Positions 20,601 through 30,132 of a DNA stretch of 64,000 nucleotides are shown one piece after another (the first letter of the stretch is position 1; each line of letters opens with the position of its first letter). This stretch comes from Sphingomonas sp. GTDB lineage: Bacteria > Pseudomonadota > Alphaproteobacteria > Sphingomonadales > Sphingomonadaceae. The stretch is from NCBI GenBank assembly GCA_019753375.1, contig JAIELC010000011.1, positions 10,096-74,095 of the forward strand. The letters run 5' to 3'. A program made the translations under genes and the position numbers. The notes beneath the pieces are model-generated. The model saw only the letters and a list, made by a program, of their open reading frames with translations, was not told the origin of the DNA and made no database searches.

Positions 20601-22197
20601 GGTTGGTGACCTGGCTGAAATTCTGGCGGAAGAACTGGCTGATCAGGCGCGGCTTATCGGAAATCACCGCGAGCGGCGTGTCATCGCCCATCGACCCGAT
20701 CGCTTCCTTGCCGGTTTCGACCATCGGGCTCAGGATCAGCTCCATGTCCTCGATGGTCTGGCCGGCGGCCACCTGGCGTCGGGTCAGGTCGGCACGGTCA
20801 AAGCGACAGACGGGATCCCCCGATGGCATGGGGAGATCGTCGATCGTCAGGAAATCGGCGACCATCGCGGCATAATCGGCTTCGGCCGCGATCCGGTCCT
20901 TCACCGCGCGATCGCCCAGCACCATGCCCGAATCGAGATCGACCGCGATCATCTGGCCCGGGCCCAGCCGGCCTTTTTCGATGATCGTCGTTTCCGGCAC
21001 CACCACCATGCCGGCTTCCGATCCGACGATCAGCAGCCCGTCATTGGTGCGGGTATAGCGCAACGGCCGCAGCGCATTACGGTCCATGCCCGCCACCGCC
21101 CAGCGGCCATCGGTCATCGCCAGCGCCGCGGGGCCGTCCCACGGCTCCATCACGCTCGCCAGATACTGGTACATGGCGAGATGCGCGGCCGGCATTTCCT
21201 CCTGATCGGCCCAGGCTTCGGGGACCAGCATCAATTTCGCGGTCGGCGCATCGCGGCCCGATCGGCAGATTGCTTCGAACACCGCGTCGAGCGCGGCGGT
21301 ATCGCTGGCGCCTGCCGGAATCACTGGTTTGATGTCTTCGCTATGCTCGCCAAACGCGGTGGCCGCCATCTTGATTTCGTGGCTCAGCATCCAGTTCTTG
21401 TTGCCGCGGATGGTGTTGATTTCGCCATTATGCGCGAGACACCGAAAGGGCTGCGCCAGCCACCATTGCGGGAAGGTGTTGGTCGAATAACGCTGGTGGA
21501 AAATCGCGACGCGGCTTTCGAAGCGCGGATCGAGCAGGTCGGGATAGAAAACCGACAGGCTCTGGGCGAGAAACAACCCCTTGTAGATGATCGACCGACA
21601 GCTGAGCGAACAGATGTAAAAACCCTGGATCTGCGCCGCGATGATCCGCTTTTCGATCCGCCTGCGGACGAGATAGAGCTCCTTTTCGAACTCGGCGGTG
21701 TCGGCGGCATCGGCATGCGGCCCGGCGATCATGATCTGTTCGATCTCGGGGCGGGTTTCCTGCGCCTTGCGGCCGATCACCGACACATCGACCGGCACCT
21801 GCCGCCAGCCATAAATGGTGTAGCCCGCTTCGATGATCGCGCTTTCGACGATCGTCCGGCACGTCTCCTGCGCGCCCAGATCGGTACGCGGCAGAAAGAT
21901 CATCCCGACCGCCAGCTGGTTCGGCATCGGCCGGTGACCCGATAGCTGGATCGCCTCTTCAAAAAATGCGGTCGGCAAATCGACATGCAGTCCCGCGCCG
22001 TCGCCCGTCATGCCATCGGCATCCACCGCGCCGCGGTGCCAGACGGCCTTCAGCGCATCGATCGCCGATTGCACCACGCGGCGATTGGCCTTGCCATCGG
22101 TCGCGGCGACAAGCCCGACGCCGCACGCATCCGATTCGAACTCGGGGCGGTACATGCCCTCGGCGGCAAGGCGGGCGCGTTCGCTGTCCTGGCTCAT
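17680..22197 (-). CDS. gltB: Glutamate synthase large subunit
   Basis: DACGVG, HQRYSTNT, GAKPGEGGQLPG, CIMVRQCHSNTC. Confidence 0.98.
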   Translation of the reverse strand: MSQDSERARLAAEGMYRPEFESDACGVGLVAATDGKANRRVVQSAIDALKAVWHRGAVDADGMTGDGAGLHVDLPTAFFEEAIQLSGHRPMPNQLAVGMIFLPRTDLGAQETCRTIVESAIIEAGYTIYGWRQVPVDVSVIGRKAQETRPEIEQIMIAGPHADAADTAEFEKELYLVRRRIEKRIIAAQIQGFYICSLSCRSIIYKGLFLAQSLSVFYPDLLDPRFESRVAIFHQRYSTNTFPQWWLAQPFRCLAHNGEINTIRGNKNWMLSHEIKMAATAFGEHSEDIKPVIPAGASDTAALDAVFEAICRSGRDAPTAKLMLVPEAWADQEEMPAAHLAMYQYLASVMEPWDGPAALAMTDGRWAVAGMDRNALRPLRYTRTNDGLLIVGSEAGMVVVPETTIIEKGRLGPGQMIAVDLDSGMVLGDRAVKDRIAAEADYAAMVADFLTIDDLPMPSGDPVCRFDRADLTRRQVAAGQTIEDMELILSPMVETGKEAIGSMGDDTPLAVISDKPRLISQFFRQNFSQVTNPPIDPLRERHVMSLKTRFSNLANILDTDGERGGVLVLDSPVLTTADWLRLKAHFGAQVAEIDCTFAPGGGPESLRAAIQHIREQAEQAVREGCTELFLTDETIGPDRVGIAGVLAAAAVHTHLVRRGLRSYASVNVRTAECLDTHYYAVLIGVGATTVNAYLAEAAIADRHARGLFGDQSLDQCLARHKTAINEGLLKIMSKMGIAVISSYRGGYNFEAVGLSRALVNDLFPGMPAKISGEGYASLYVNATERHEAAFDASVATLPIGGFYRQRATGEAHAYSAPLMHLLQTAVATDSYSTYLQFSRGVADLPPVYLRDLLQFNYPRDGVPVEQVEAITEIRKRFVTPGMSLGALSPEAHETLAIAMNRIGAKAVSGEGGEDSARYQPYDNGDNANSVIKQIASGRFGVTAEYLNACDEIEIKVAQGAKPGEGGQLPGFKVTEFIARLRHATPGVSLISPPPHHDIYSIEDLAQLIYDLKQINPRARVCVKLVSSAGIGTVAAGVAKAHADVILVAGHVGGTGASPQTSIKYAGTPWEMGLSEVNQTLTLNGLRGRVRLRTDGGLKTGRDIVIAAILGAEEFGIGTLSLVAMGCIMVRQCHSNTCPVGVCTQDEKLREKFSGSPEKVINLMTFIAEEVRDILARLGVRSLDEVIGRTELLRQVSRGAEHLDDLDLNPILAKVDADDDQRRFSLTTWRNEVPDSLDAQMIRDAAAVFSRGEKMQLTYSVRNTHRAVGTRLSSEITRTIGMSKLADGHVHVRLRGSAGQSLGAFLCKGVTLEVFGDANDYVGKGLSGGIIAVRPVVSSPLVSNENTIIGNTVLYGATSGSLYAAGQAGERFAVRNSGANVVVEGCGANGCEYMTGGTAVVLGPVGQNFGAGMSGGMAFVYDRDGSFARRANPETIVWQRLASRHWESVLLGLVRAHHDATDSKWSGTLLDEWDRVAQHFWQVVPKEMLGRLAYPLDDQESAVAAE

Positions 22198-23636
22198 GCG
22201 GCAACCTTCTCGCTCATCGCTTTGGCTTTCAGATAGCGGTGCATGGTCGCGGCCACGTCACGCCCGTCGCGAATTGCCCACACCACCAGGCTCGCACCGC
22301 GGACGATGTCGCCGGCGGCGAACACGCCGTCGATGCTGGTCATCATGGTCTGCGCATTGGTCAGCACCGTACCCCAGCGCGACACGCCAAGACCCGATGC
22401 GCCGAACAATCTGGGCAAGTCTTCGGCATCAAAACCCAATGCCTTGATCACCAGATCGGCGGGCAGCGTCAGGTCGCCGCCCGGATCGACTTCCGGCGCG
22501 CGGCGGCCGCTGGCATCGGGCGCGCCGAGCCGCATCCGCGCGGCGCGGACCGCCGTGACGCGGTCGTCCGCCTCAAACGCTTGCGGAGAGGACAGCCAGA
22601 CGAATTCCACCCCTTCTTCTTCGGCGTTGGCGACTTCGCGCTGACTGCCGGGCATGTTCGCCCGGTCGCGCCGATACAGGCATCGCACCGATGTCGCGCC
22701 TTGGCGAACCGCGGTGCGGACGCAGTCCATCGCCGTATCACCCCCACCGATGACCACCACATTCTTGCCCTGCGCATTCAGCGCGCCGCTATCGAATTCG
22801 GGCACGCTGTCGCCAAAGCCCTTGCGGTTTGACGCGACCAGAAAATCGAGCGCCGCCACCACCCCGTCGCTGCCAACGCCGGGCGCCTTGATCTCGCGCG
22901 GCTTGTAGACGCCGGTGGCGATCAGCACCGCGTCATGGCGCGCCCGCAGATCATCAAAGCTCAGGTCGCGGCCAATATCGACATTCTGGTGAAAGACGAT
23001 GCCGCCCGCCGCCAGCCGGTCGACGCGGCGGATGACGATGTCCTTTTCCAGCTTGAAGCCAGGGATGCCATAGGTCATCAGCCCTCCGGCCCGGTCATAC
23101 CGGTCATAGACATGGACGTCATAACCCAGCACCCGCAGATATTCCGCCGTGGTCAGCCCGGCGGGACCCGCGCCGATAATGCCGACCGACTGGCCGCGCG
23201 CCGGGGCGGCCACCAGCGGTTCAACCCAGCCATTGTCCCACGCCGTATCGGTGATGTATTTTTCCACCGCGCCAATCGTAACCGCGCCGTGCCCCGAAAA
23301 TTCGATGACGCAATTGCCCTCGCACAACCGGTCCTGCGGGCAGATGCGACCGCAAATTTCCGGCATGGTCGAGGTGCTGTTCGACAGCTCATACGCCTCG
23401 CGCAGCCGCCCTTCGGCCGTCAGCCGCAGCCAATCGGGGATGTGGTTGTGGAGCGGGCAATGCACCGAACAATAGGGGACACCGCATTGCGAACAGCGCG
23501 CGGCCTGTTCCGCGCCCTTGTCGGGCGCATAACGGTCGGCGATTTCCTGAAAATCCTCGGCACGCAGCACGGGCGCGCGCTTGACGGGATAGGCCTGCGC
23601 CGTCCCGACAAATTTCAGCATGCCATCCTGTGCCAT
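22194..23636 (-). CDS. gltD: Glutamate synthase small subunit
   Basis: CSQCGVPYC, GAGPAG, GGGDTAMD; coupled to gltB. Confidence 0.97.
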   Translation of the reverse strand: MAQDGMLKFVGTAQAYPVKRAPVLRAEDFQEIADRYAPDKGAEQAARCSQCGVPYCSVHCPLHNHIPDWLRLTAEGRLREAYELSNSTSTMPEICGRICPQDRLCEGNCVIEFSGHGAVTIGAVEKYITDTAWDNGWVEPLVAAPARGQSVGIIGAGPAGLTTAEYLRVLGYDVHVYDRYDRAGGLMTYGIPGFKLEKDIVIRRVDRLAAGGIVFHQNVDIGRDLSFDDLRARHDAVLIATGVYKPREIKAPGVGSDGVVAALDFLVASNRKGFGDSVPEFDSGALNAQGKNVVVIGGGDTAMDCVRTAVRQGATSVRCLYRRDRANMPGSQREVANAEEEGVEFVWLSSPQAFEADDRVTAVRAARMRLGAPDASGRRAPEVDPGGDLTLPADLVIKALGFDAEDLPRLFGASGLGVSRWGTVLTNAQTMMTSIDGVFAAGDIVRGASLVVWAIRDGRDVAATMHRYLKAKAMSEKVAA

Positions 23637-23810
23637 CGCGCCCCACCAGTGTGTCGGAAGACGTTGCCATAGCCCGTCATCCGGCCAGAGTCACGCGGAT
23701 TCGACATATAAAGACAGTAATACTGTCCTATAATCCCGATTTACCCACCGACAGGCGGCATGAGAGGCGTGTCAGCGCCTCATGCCCAGTACATTAGGCC
23801 CGAATCGGTA

Positions 23811-24620
23811 TCATCTCGCGAAATACCATGCCAGCGCCCCCGCCCCCACAATAATGCGATACCATGCAAAGGGCGCGAAGCCGTGGCGCGATACCATCCC
23901 GATGAACCAGCGGACCACCACCACCGCCACGACAAAGGAAACGGCAAAGCCAATCGCGATGGCGGAGAGTTGCGCGCTGCCCAGATCATGGCGGCCCTTC
24001 CACAACGCCAGCGTGGTTGCGCCCATCATCGTCGGCACCGCCAGGAAGAAGCTATATTCGGCCGCTGTCTTCTGATCGATTCCCAGCGTGCGCGCGCCCA
24101 TGATCGTCGCGCCGGACCGGCTGATTCCGGGAATCATCGACAGGCACTGGACGATACCAATGCCCAGCGCGGTGCGCCATCGCATGGCCTCTACGCTATG
24201 GGTCCGCGCCAGCGGCGCTGTCCGTTCGATCAGCAGGATCAGGACACCCCCGACGACCAGCGCCACCGCAACCACCACCACGGCGATTCCGGGTGCCTCG
24301 AGCACCGACCGGATCGCCCCATAGGCGACCGCGCCGATGATGCCGGCGGGCAGAAACCCCAGCAGCACGTTGCGCGTGAACGATACGGCGCCCGGATCAC
24401 GGCGCAACAGGCCGATCAGCACGCCCAGAAAACGCTGCCAGTACAGCACCACGATCGCCAGGATGGCGCCCAACTGGATGACAATGTCAAAGGTGGCGTC
24501 GGCTTCCGGTAGGCCCAGAAAATAGCCGGCCAGAATCAAATGGCCGGTCGATGACACGGGCAGGAATTCGGTGACGCCTTCAACAATGCCCAGGATGATG
24601 ATGATCAGCAGATCGGTCAT
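23811..24620 (-). CDS. uppP: Undecaprenyl-diphosphate phosphatase
   Basis: EGVTEFLPVSSTGH and PGISRSG motifs. Confidence 0.96.
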   Translation of the reverse strand: MTDLLIIIILGIVEGVTEFLPVSSTGHLILAGYFLGLPEADATFDIVIQLGAILAIVVLYWQRFLGVLIGLLRRDPGAVSFTRNVLLGFLPAGIIGAVAYGAIRSVLEAPGIAVVVVAVALVVGGVLILLIERTAPLARTHSVEAMRWRTALGIGIVQCLSMIPGISRSGATIMGARTLGIDQKTAAEYSFFLAVPTMMGATTLALWKGRHDLGSAQLSAIAIGFAVSFVVAVVVVRWFIGMVSRHGFAPFAWYRIIVGAGALAWYFAR

Positions 24621-24682
24621 GCAGTGCTTTCTGGCGGCGCCGGCCGCGCGATTGAGTCAGAAAAGGAAAGCGCGCCGCGCGC

Positions 24683-25621
24683 CTATGCTGAAGCAGCGGC
24701 CCCGAAACGGCCATGCTTGCGATATTGCACCAGCCAGCCCGGCGCGATCGCCGCCAGCGGCGTCGGTGCGATCCCCAGCGCCGCAAGGCCGTCCGCGCCG
24801 GGTGCGACCACATTGTCGCTCTGGAGCATCAGCCACTGATCCCAGGTGATGGGCGCCCCGGGCAGAAACCCCATCCGCGCGATCATCGCCGATACCGCAT
24901 CGGGCAGGTCGATGATCGTTGGTGCCCGCCCGGTCGCCGCCGCGATCCAGCGGACCAGCGCGCCCATCGACAGGATATCGGGTCCGCCAAGATCATAAAT
25001 GTGGCCGGCATAGCGGTCGGGCGCGGCCAGGACGGCCGCCGTTGCCGCCGCCACATCGCCGACGAAAACCGGCTGAAACCGCGCCGTTGGCCGCACGACG
25101 GGCACAATCGGGGCCGCGGCAATCATCCCGGCAAAACGATTGACGAACTGATCCTCGCGCCCGAACACGATCGACGGGCGCAGGATTGTTGCGTCCGCAA
25201 ATGCCGCCCGGACGGCGGCCTCGCCCTCGCCCTTGGATCGGCCATAGGCCGACGCTGATGCCGGATCGGCGCCAATGGCCGAAATATGCACCAAGGCGGC
25301 GGCGCCCGCCTGCGCCGCGGCCGCCGCGACGTGGCGCGCGCCATCGACGTGAAACGCCGCAAAATCGCCCTTCAGGATGCCGACCAGATTGACGACCGCG
25401 TCCGACCCGCTGATCGCGCGCGCCACCGAATCGGGCTTGCGGACATCGACGGCAACAAATTGCGTCTGACCCAGGCCGCCAAGCGGCTTGATAAACAGCG
25501 CCGCCTGCGGATCGCGCTGCGCGATGCGCACACGCGCGCCCGCCTGCAACAAGGCCTGCGCCATATAACGGCCCAGAAATCCGCCGCCGCCGATCAGGGT
25601 AACCAGCTTGTTCTTCATCAT
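24683..25621 (-). CDS. NDUFA9-like atypical SDR (complex I-associated family)
   Basis: GGGGFLGR, VVNLVGIL, YGRSK, FQPVFVGDVA; start moved to MMKNK. Confidence 0.88.
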   Translation of the reverse strand: MMKNKLVTLIGGGGFLGRYMAQALLQAGARVRIAQRDPQAALFIKPLGGLGQTQFVAVDVRKPDSVARAISGSDAVVNLVGILKGDFAAFHVDGARHVAAAAAQAGAAALVHISAIGADPASASAYGRSKGEGEAAVRAAFADATILRPSIVFGREDQFVNRFAGMIAAAPIVPVVRPTARFQPVFVGDVAAATAAVLAAPDRYAGHIYDLGGPDILSMGALVRWIAAATGRAPTIIDLPDAVSAMIARMGFLPGAPITWDQWLMLQSDNVVAPGADGLAALGIAPTPLAAIAPGWLVQYRKHGRFGAAASA

Positions 25622-25701
25622 CGCCTCGCCCGCATGGTCCCCTCCCCATGCCCACCCGGACATGAATCGGCAAGGGCCGCGATGCCTCGTCATCTCGATT
25701 G

Positions 25702-25731
25702 TTGACAAGCCCTCACCCGCTCCCCTAGAGC
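25702..25731 (+). promoter_or_regulatory. Probable sigma70 promoter of tRNA-Leu
   Basis: TTGACA at 25702-25707, TAGAGC 18 nt downstream. Confidence 0.55.
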
Positions 25732-25763
25732 GCGCGGCCTACCTGATAGACAAGTCTTCTGGG

Positions 25764-25850
25764 GCCCAGATGGCGGAATTGGTAGACGCACCAGCTTCAG
25801 GTGCTGGCGGTCGCAAGGCCGTGGAGGTTCGAGTCCTCTTCTGGGCACCA
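25764..25850 (+). tRNA. tRNA-Leu (anticodon CAG)
   Basis: GCCCAGA/TCTGGGC acceptor stem, CCAGC-TTCAGGT-GCTGG anticodon arm, long variable arm, GTTCGAG T-loop, encoded CCA. Confidence 0.97.
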
Positions 25851-25871
25851 TTTCCCTGTTCGCGGATATCC

Positions 25872-26138
25872 GCAATCACCGGTACCGCCGCATTCGGCGC
25901 GCTGTTGGGGTCTGTCGGCGCTTATTCGGGCCAGCCGATCACGCAGATGGCCGTGCTAGTCAGCGCGCATGTTTTCCAGCGCCCGGGCGAAATTGAACGG
26001 GTCGAATGGGACGAGATTGGTTTCAACGGTGCCGCCTGGGGGATTCCCGCCGCCCGGTTGGAACAGCGCCAGGCGCACCGCGTGCCGTTGCCACAGCGAG
26101 CGATCGGCTTGATTCGCCGAAGGACGGTGCGGCGATGA
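25872..26138 (+). pseudogene. P4-like tyrosine integrase remnant
   Basis: AIT..AFGALL...YSGQPIT...AHVFQRPGEI..VEWDEI...WGIPAARL...HRVPL matches the integrase box I region; no start codon, no N-terminal domains, no C-terminal HxxR/Y; begins about 20 bp after the tRNA. Confidence 0.8.
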
Positions 26139-26456
26139 CCGAGTTGCGGCAAGCCAAAAGGGCCTGAAAATAGCCGGTGCTGGCGATATTGCGGCGCGTC
26201 GGGTTCAACCATGTGCCCCGAATTTCAGGTGGTCAATCATGGTAAGCTCATCTACCCGCCCGGGTTTGATGACCGGCGCCGATGTCGGCAACCGGTGGTT
26301 AGCGGCCAACGCCCAATAGGCTCCACGATCCCCGCCTTTTTAGTCGACTATCAGTCTTGGCGTTGCTCGGCGTAAAATGACAGTTATATTACTCATCCAC
26401 CTGCCGAGGAGGGATTCACGCCTTTCCGGGAGGGCGAACTGGGGGAATGGTTCAAG

Positions 26457-27509
26457 GTGGGGCGTTTCGAACTGATGACGGTCCGCGGGCTCGCCTGCGT
26501 GGCGCTAGTTGCATATCACGTGGTTGGCCCAACCCAGGACAACGGCATGCATTTGCCGCTCAATTCATCCTGGCATCTGGCTATGAACAGCCTCGACTTT
26601 CTGCGGATGCCGATGTTCACTGTTCTGTCGGGGTTTTTATATGCTTCCCAACGGGCCGATAGTCACTCCCTGCCACAATTTTACCGCAAGAAGGTGAATC
26701 GGTTGGTCCTGCCACTCGTTTTCGTCACGACCATCATTTTTATTCTGAGGATGAGAGTTTACCACGACAGCACGACCTACATTGAAGCGCTGTTTTTCCA
26801 TTATGAACACCTATGGTTTGTTCAGGCGCTTATTCTTATTTTTGCCGGCATGGGGGCGTGGGATGCCTTTCGGAGACCCTCCTGGGTTGAACTCTGCGTG
26901 GCCGGTTTTGCAGCCGTGATGATTTCTCGTACCTTTCAGATCACCACGTTCTTCAGTTTGAATGGCGCCTGTTATCTTCTGCCCTTCTTCGTAGCGGGCA
27001 TGATCCTGCGCATGTATCGCGCGCAATTGAAAACTGCAGATCTGACCACGATCGCAATCGCCGTGGTCGCGATCGTAATCCTGATGCAACAGGCCTCAAA
27101 CGCCTTCGGTGGCAACGAGATCAGTCGGACGTCAGTTCCTGCCGCGCTGTGCGGCATTTGCGGCACTTACCTGATGCTCGTTCATTGCCCCCGGATGCGG
27201 CTCGCCGAGTTTGTGGGTCGGTACAGCTACTCCATATTCCTTTGGCATTCAGTTGCGGCCTCTGGAGCGCGCCACCTCCTTCGAGCGCACACTCAGCTGC
27301 CCAACGCCGTTGAGTTCTCGCTCCTTCTTGCCGTGGGGCTTTACGGTCCGATTTTGCTACATCGACTTGTCGGTCCGGTCCCTATTCTGTCCCTTTTGGC
27401 ACTTGGCGTGCGGGCATCGGGGAGGAAGCCGCACCATGTAGCCGCAGCAAATGCGACGACACATCCCGCCCCTGCGCAAATATCCGATGTCGGTCGAGGG
27501 AGGCGTTAG
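26457..27509 (+). CDS. Acyltransferase-3 (OafA/YrhL-like) membrane O-acyltransferase
   Basis: RGLAC..LV..YH, RMPMFTVLSGF, HLWFV, GRYSYSIFLWH; visibly lower GC than flanks; start uncertain. Confidence 0.88.
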   Translation: MGRFELMTVRGLACVALVAYHVVGPTQDNGMHLPLNSSWHLAMNSLDFLRMPMFTVLSGFLYASQRADSHSLPQFYRKKVNRLVLPLVFVTTIIFILRMRVYHDSTTYIEALFFHYEHLWFVQALILIFAGMGAWDAFRRPSWVELCVAGFAAVMISRTFQITTFFSLNGACYLLPFFVAGMILRMYRAQLKTADLTTIAIAVVAIVILMQQASNAFGGNEISRTSVPAALCGICGTYLMLVHCPRMRLAEFVGRYSYSIFLWHSVAASGARHLLRAHTQLPNAVEFSLLLAVGLYGPILLHRLVGPVPILSLLALGVRASGRKPHHVAAANATTHPAPAQISDVGRGRR

Positions 27510-27733
27510 CGCTGGCTGACAAAGATGTTCTGAAATGACCGAATTTTGCGCTGCCCGCGACGCATGTCGACGACATGTTCACGAGCTCCTATTGCTATGG
27601 TCCGCGCGCCAGTAGGACGTGGAGACAAAGCCGCTGGCGGAGTCGCAGACTGTCCGACCCTTTGCGAAGGAGCCGGCAGGCGGCGGGTCGCTAGTGAAAG
27701 CGGGGGCCAACCGGTAAAAACATTGCCGACAGC

Positions 27734-27768
27734 AAAACGCCGCATGGCGGGGGTTCCACCATGCGGCG
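27734..27768 (-). terminator. Rho-independent terminator downstream of ccdA
   Basis: CGCCGCATGG/CCATGCGGCG stem followed by TTTT on the minus strand. Confidence 0.7.
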
Positions 27769-27806
27769 CCTTGGGTACGCCTACTGGGCTGGTCGGCCGG
27801 ACGCCG

Positions 27807-28535
27807 TCAGATCGACGTCGTCAGATCCGCCAGCCAATCGGGGGTGATGGTGACCAGCACGCCCTCGATCAGATGATCACCACCGGTGATGATGAGCACA
27901 CCGACAACCGCCAGCAGCGTGCCCAGCACCCGCTTGCCGCCGCTGCCCGCCGTCATCAGCTTGCCCCGCCACTGGGCGAGCAGGGATTTGGTCGCCATGG
28001 CAAGGACCACCAGCACGGTTGCGATACCAAGGCCAAAAGCCGCCATGGTCATCGCAACCGCACCCAGATTCTGGCCCTGCGCGGCAAGCACCGTGGCCGC
28101 GCCCAGCGTTGGGCCCACGCACGGGCTCCAGACCAGGCCGAGCAGCGCGCCAATGCCGAACTGGCCGGCCAGGCCGAACCGTTCAAGACCCGATTGGCGT
28201 TCGCTGGCCCAGGCCGACAAGGGCGCCGCCGCGCCTTGCAGCCAATATTGCAGCTTGGGTACCAGCAGCGCGATCCCGGCGAGCAGCAGCAGCGCCGCGC
28301 CAAAATAGCGGACCCAGTCGCCGTCAAACCCACTTGCTGCGCCGACCGTCGCCAGCGCAAAGCCGACGCCGGTAAAGGACAGCACCAGCCCCGCCGCGAG
28401 CGCGAGCGGGCCGTAGCGATGGCTTTGGCCCGCGCTGCCCAGCACGATCGGCACCAGCGGCAGGACGCAGGGGCTGAGGATGGTCAGCGCGCCCGCGGCA
28501 TAGGCCAGCACCGGGTTGAGGGTTTCGGCCGCCAT
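27807..28535 (-). CDS. ccdA: CcdA/DsbD-type transmembrane disulfide reductase
   Basis: LSPCVLP and WSPCVGP motifs, 6 TM segments. Confidence 0.92.
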   Translation of the reverse strand: MAAETLNPVLAYAAGALTILSPCVLPLVPIVLGSAGQSHRYGPLALAAGLVLSFTGVGFALATVGAASGFDGDWVRYFGAALLLLAGIALLVPKLQYWLQGAAAPLSAWASERQSGLERFGLAGQFGIGALLGLVWSPCVGPTLGAATVLAAQGQNLGAVAMTMAAFGLGIATVLVVLAMATKSLLAQWRGKLMTAGSGGKRVLGTLLAVVGVLIITGGDHLIEGVLVTITPDWLADLTTSI

Positions 28536-28538
28536 GGC

Positions 28539-28934
28539 TTATCTGACCACGCTCTGCAGCAGGCCGTTGATCACCGCCTTATCGGTCTTGAATTCGACGC
28601 GGCCGACCTCGGTCTTGCCCTTATAGCCGATCAGCGTGCCTTGCTTGTGCACGCCCAGCGCCTGCCATTCGGGCTTTTGCGAATCATAGTTGATCTCGAA
28701 GATCACCAGCTTGGTGTAGGCCGGATCGGCAATGGCGGCCTTGATGGTCCGATTTTGCGAGCCGCAAATCGGGCACCACCACGCCTTGACATCAACCAGG
28801 ATCGGGCGCCCCGCCGCCTTGGCGGCTTCGAAACTGACACGATCAAATTTCTTGACTTCAGCGGCCTGTGCAGGCGCGGCAAGCAGCGTCAGCGCAGCCA
28901 GCGCAACGGGCATCAAACGAAAGGGCGACATCAT
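28539..28934 (-). CDS. Periplasmic thioredoxin-like protein
   Basis: Signal peptide, WCPIC motif; GGAG RBS; start 28934 or 28931. Confidence 0.9.
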   Translation of the reverse strand: MMSPFRLMPVALAALTLLAAPAQAAEVKKFDRVSFEAAKAAGRPILVDVKAWWCPICGSQNRTIKAAIADPAYTKLVIFEINYDSQKPEWQALGVHKQGTLIGYKGKTEVGRVEFKTDKAVINGLLQSVVR

Positions 28935-28989
28935 ATATCTCCAAGCAGGATGGCCGATCGCGCGATCGCGGGCAGCCTGTAGTTGGAGG

Positions 28990-29016
28990 TTCGCGGCCAC
29001 GCCGGATTTGGTTACA
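28990..29016 (-). promoter_or_regulatory. ECF16/SigF-type promoter TGTAACC-N16-CGAA
   Basis: Minus strand reads TGTAACC aaatccggcgtggccg CGAA, about 55 bp upstream of the thioredoxin start. Confidence 0.75.
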
Positions 29017-29028
29017 GGCGCATCGCCT

Positions 29029-30132
29029 TCAATCGAGGCGGCGCGTCTGGAGCGCGAGCGCCGCCATCAGGGCAACCGCCAGAAACGCGACGATCGGCAC
29101 GCCGTGGCCCAGGACCTGGGCGGCATTATCGCCGCGCAACAAGGCGCCCCGCGCGGCGCGGATGAAATGGGTAAGGGGAAACAGATTGCCGATTGCCCGC
29201 GCCCAGCCGGGCAATGTTTCGAACGGATAGAGAAACCCCGACAGCAACATGGCCGGCAGATAAAAAGCGACGGCGCCCTGCAGCGCGGCCAATTGGGTCG
29301 TCGCCCGCGCGGAAATGGCATAGCCCAAAACCAGATGCGCGGCCGCAAACACGGGCAGTAACGCCAGCAGCGCGCCCGCGGCACCGCGCACCGGCAGGCC
29401 AAACAGCCATATTGCGGCGACAAAGACCAATATCCCCTGCACCGTGCCGATCACGACATAGGGCAGTAATTTGCCGATCAGCGCTTCGATTGGCTCAATC
29501 GGCAGGGCGAGCAGCGCTTCCCAGGTGCCGCCCTCGCGTTCGCGCGCGAGGCTGAGGGTGCCCAGCATGATCATGCCGATCATGACGGTCACGCCGATCA
29601 GCGCCGGCAAGAATGTCCAGTCGGCGCGGGCATCGGGATTGTACAGCCGTTCGATCACATAGCCCGGGCCGGTGTCGACAATATCGGCGCGATCGGCCAG
29701 TCCGTGCCAATAGGCGGCCTCGATCGCCGGCACCGCCGCTGCCACCAGCGCGGCATTACTGGCATCGACGATGATCCGCACCGGGCGGATTTTCGCGGTC
29801 GGGTTGGCAAAGGAAGGCTGCTCGGCCAGTTCGATGCCGATCAGGGCATCGCCGCGACGAACCGCCGCAGCGGCGCCCCCCGGCTTGAGCGCGCTGGTGG
29901 TGACGCGCAGCCCCGCCTGACGCCCGAGCGAGCGAGCTACCGTATCGGCATCGGCGCGCACTTCGGCGGCAACCGCGACGCCTGTCAATTCCCCGCTGGG
30001 CCGGATGGCATAGCCGAAAAGCAGCACCTGCGTTGCCGGCACCAGCAGCAACAGCGTGAGCGCGATCCATGATCGTGTCAGCCGGATGCCCTCGATCCAC
30101 GCGACCGCGCCGATCCGGTGCCACCCGGTCAC
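29029..30132 (-). CDS. ABC-2 exporter permease (YbhR/YbhS-like)
   Basis: ARERE.GT.E.L, LLSGF.YP, PLTHF motifs. Confidence 0.9.
   Translation of the reverse strand: MTGWHRIGAVAWIEGIRLTRSWIALTLLLLVPATQVLLFGYAIRPSGELTGVAVAAEVRADADTVARSLGRQAGLRVTTSALKPGGAAAAVRRGDALIGIELAEQPSFANPTAKIRPVRIIVDASNAALVAAAVPAIEAAYWHGLADRADIVDTGPGYVIERLYNPDARADWTFLPALIGVTVMIGMIMLGTLSLAREREGGTWEALLALPIEPIEALIGKLLPYVVIGTVQGILVFVAAIWLFGLPVRGAAGALLALLPVFAAAHLVLGYAISARATTQLAALQGAVAFYLPAMLLSGFLYPFETLPGWARAIGNLFPLTHFIRAARGALLRGDNAAQVLGHGVPIVAFLAVALMAALALQTRRLD

Noticed and set aside
19048-21945. Long plus-strand ORFs (422 and 457 aa)
   Set aside because: Shadow ORFs opposite gltB
25608-26138. 176 aa ORF as an intact gene
   Set aside because: Its 5' half runs through the tRNA and its promoter; only the 3' part resembles an integrase
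27546-28982. 478 aa plus-strand ORF
   Set aside because: Antisense shadow of ccdA and thioredoxin; no recognisable motifs; typical of high-GC DNA
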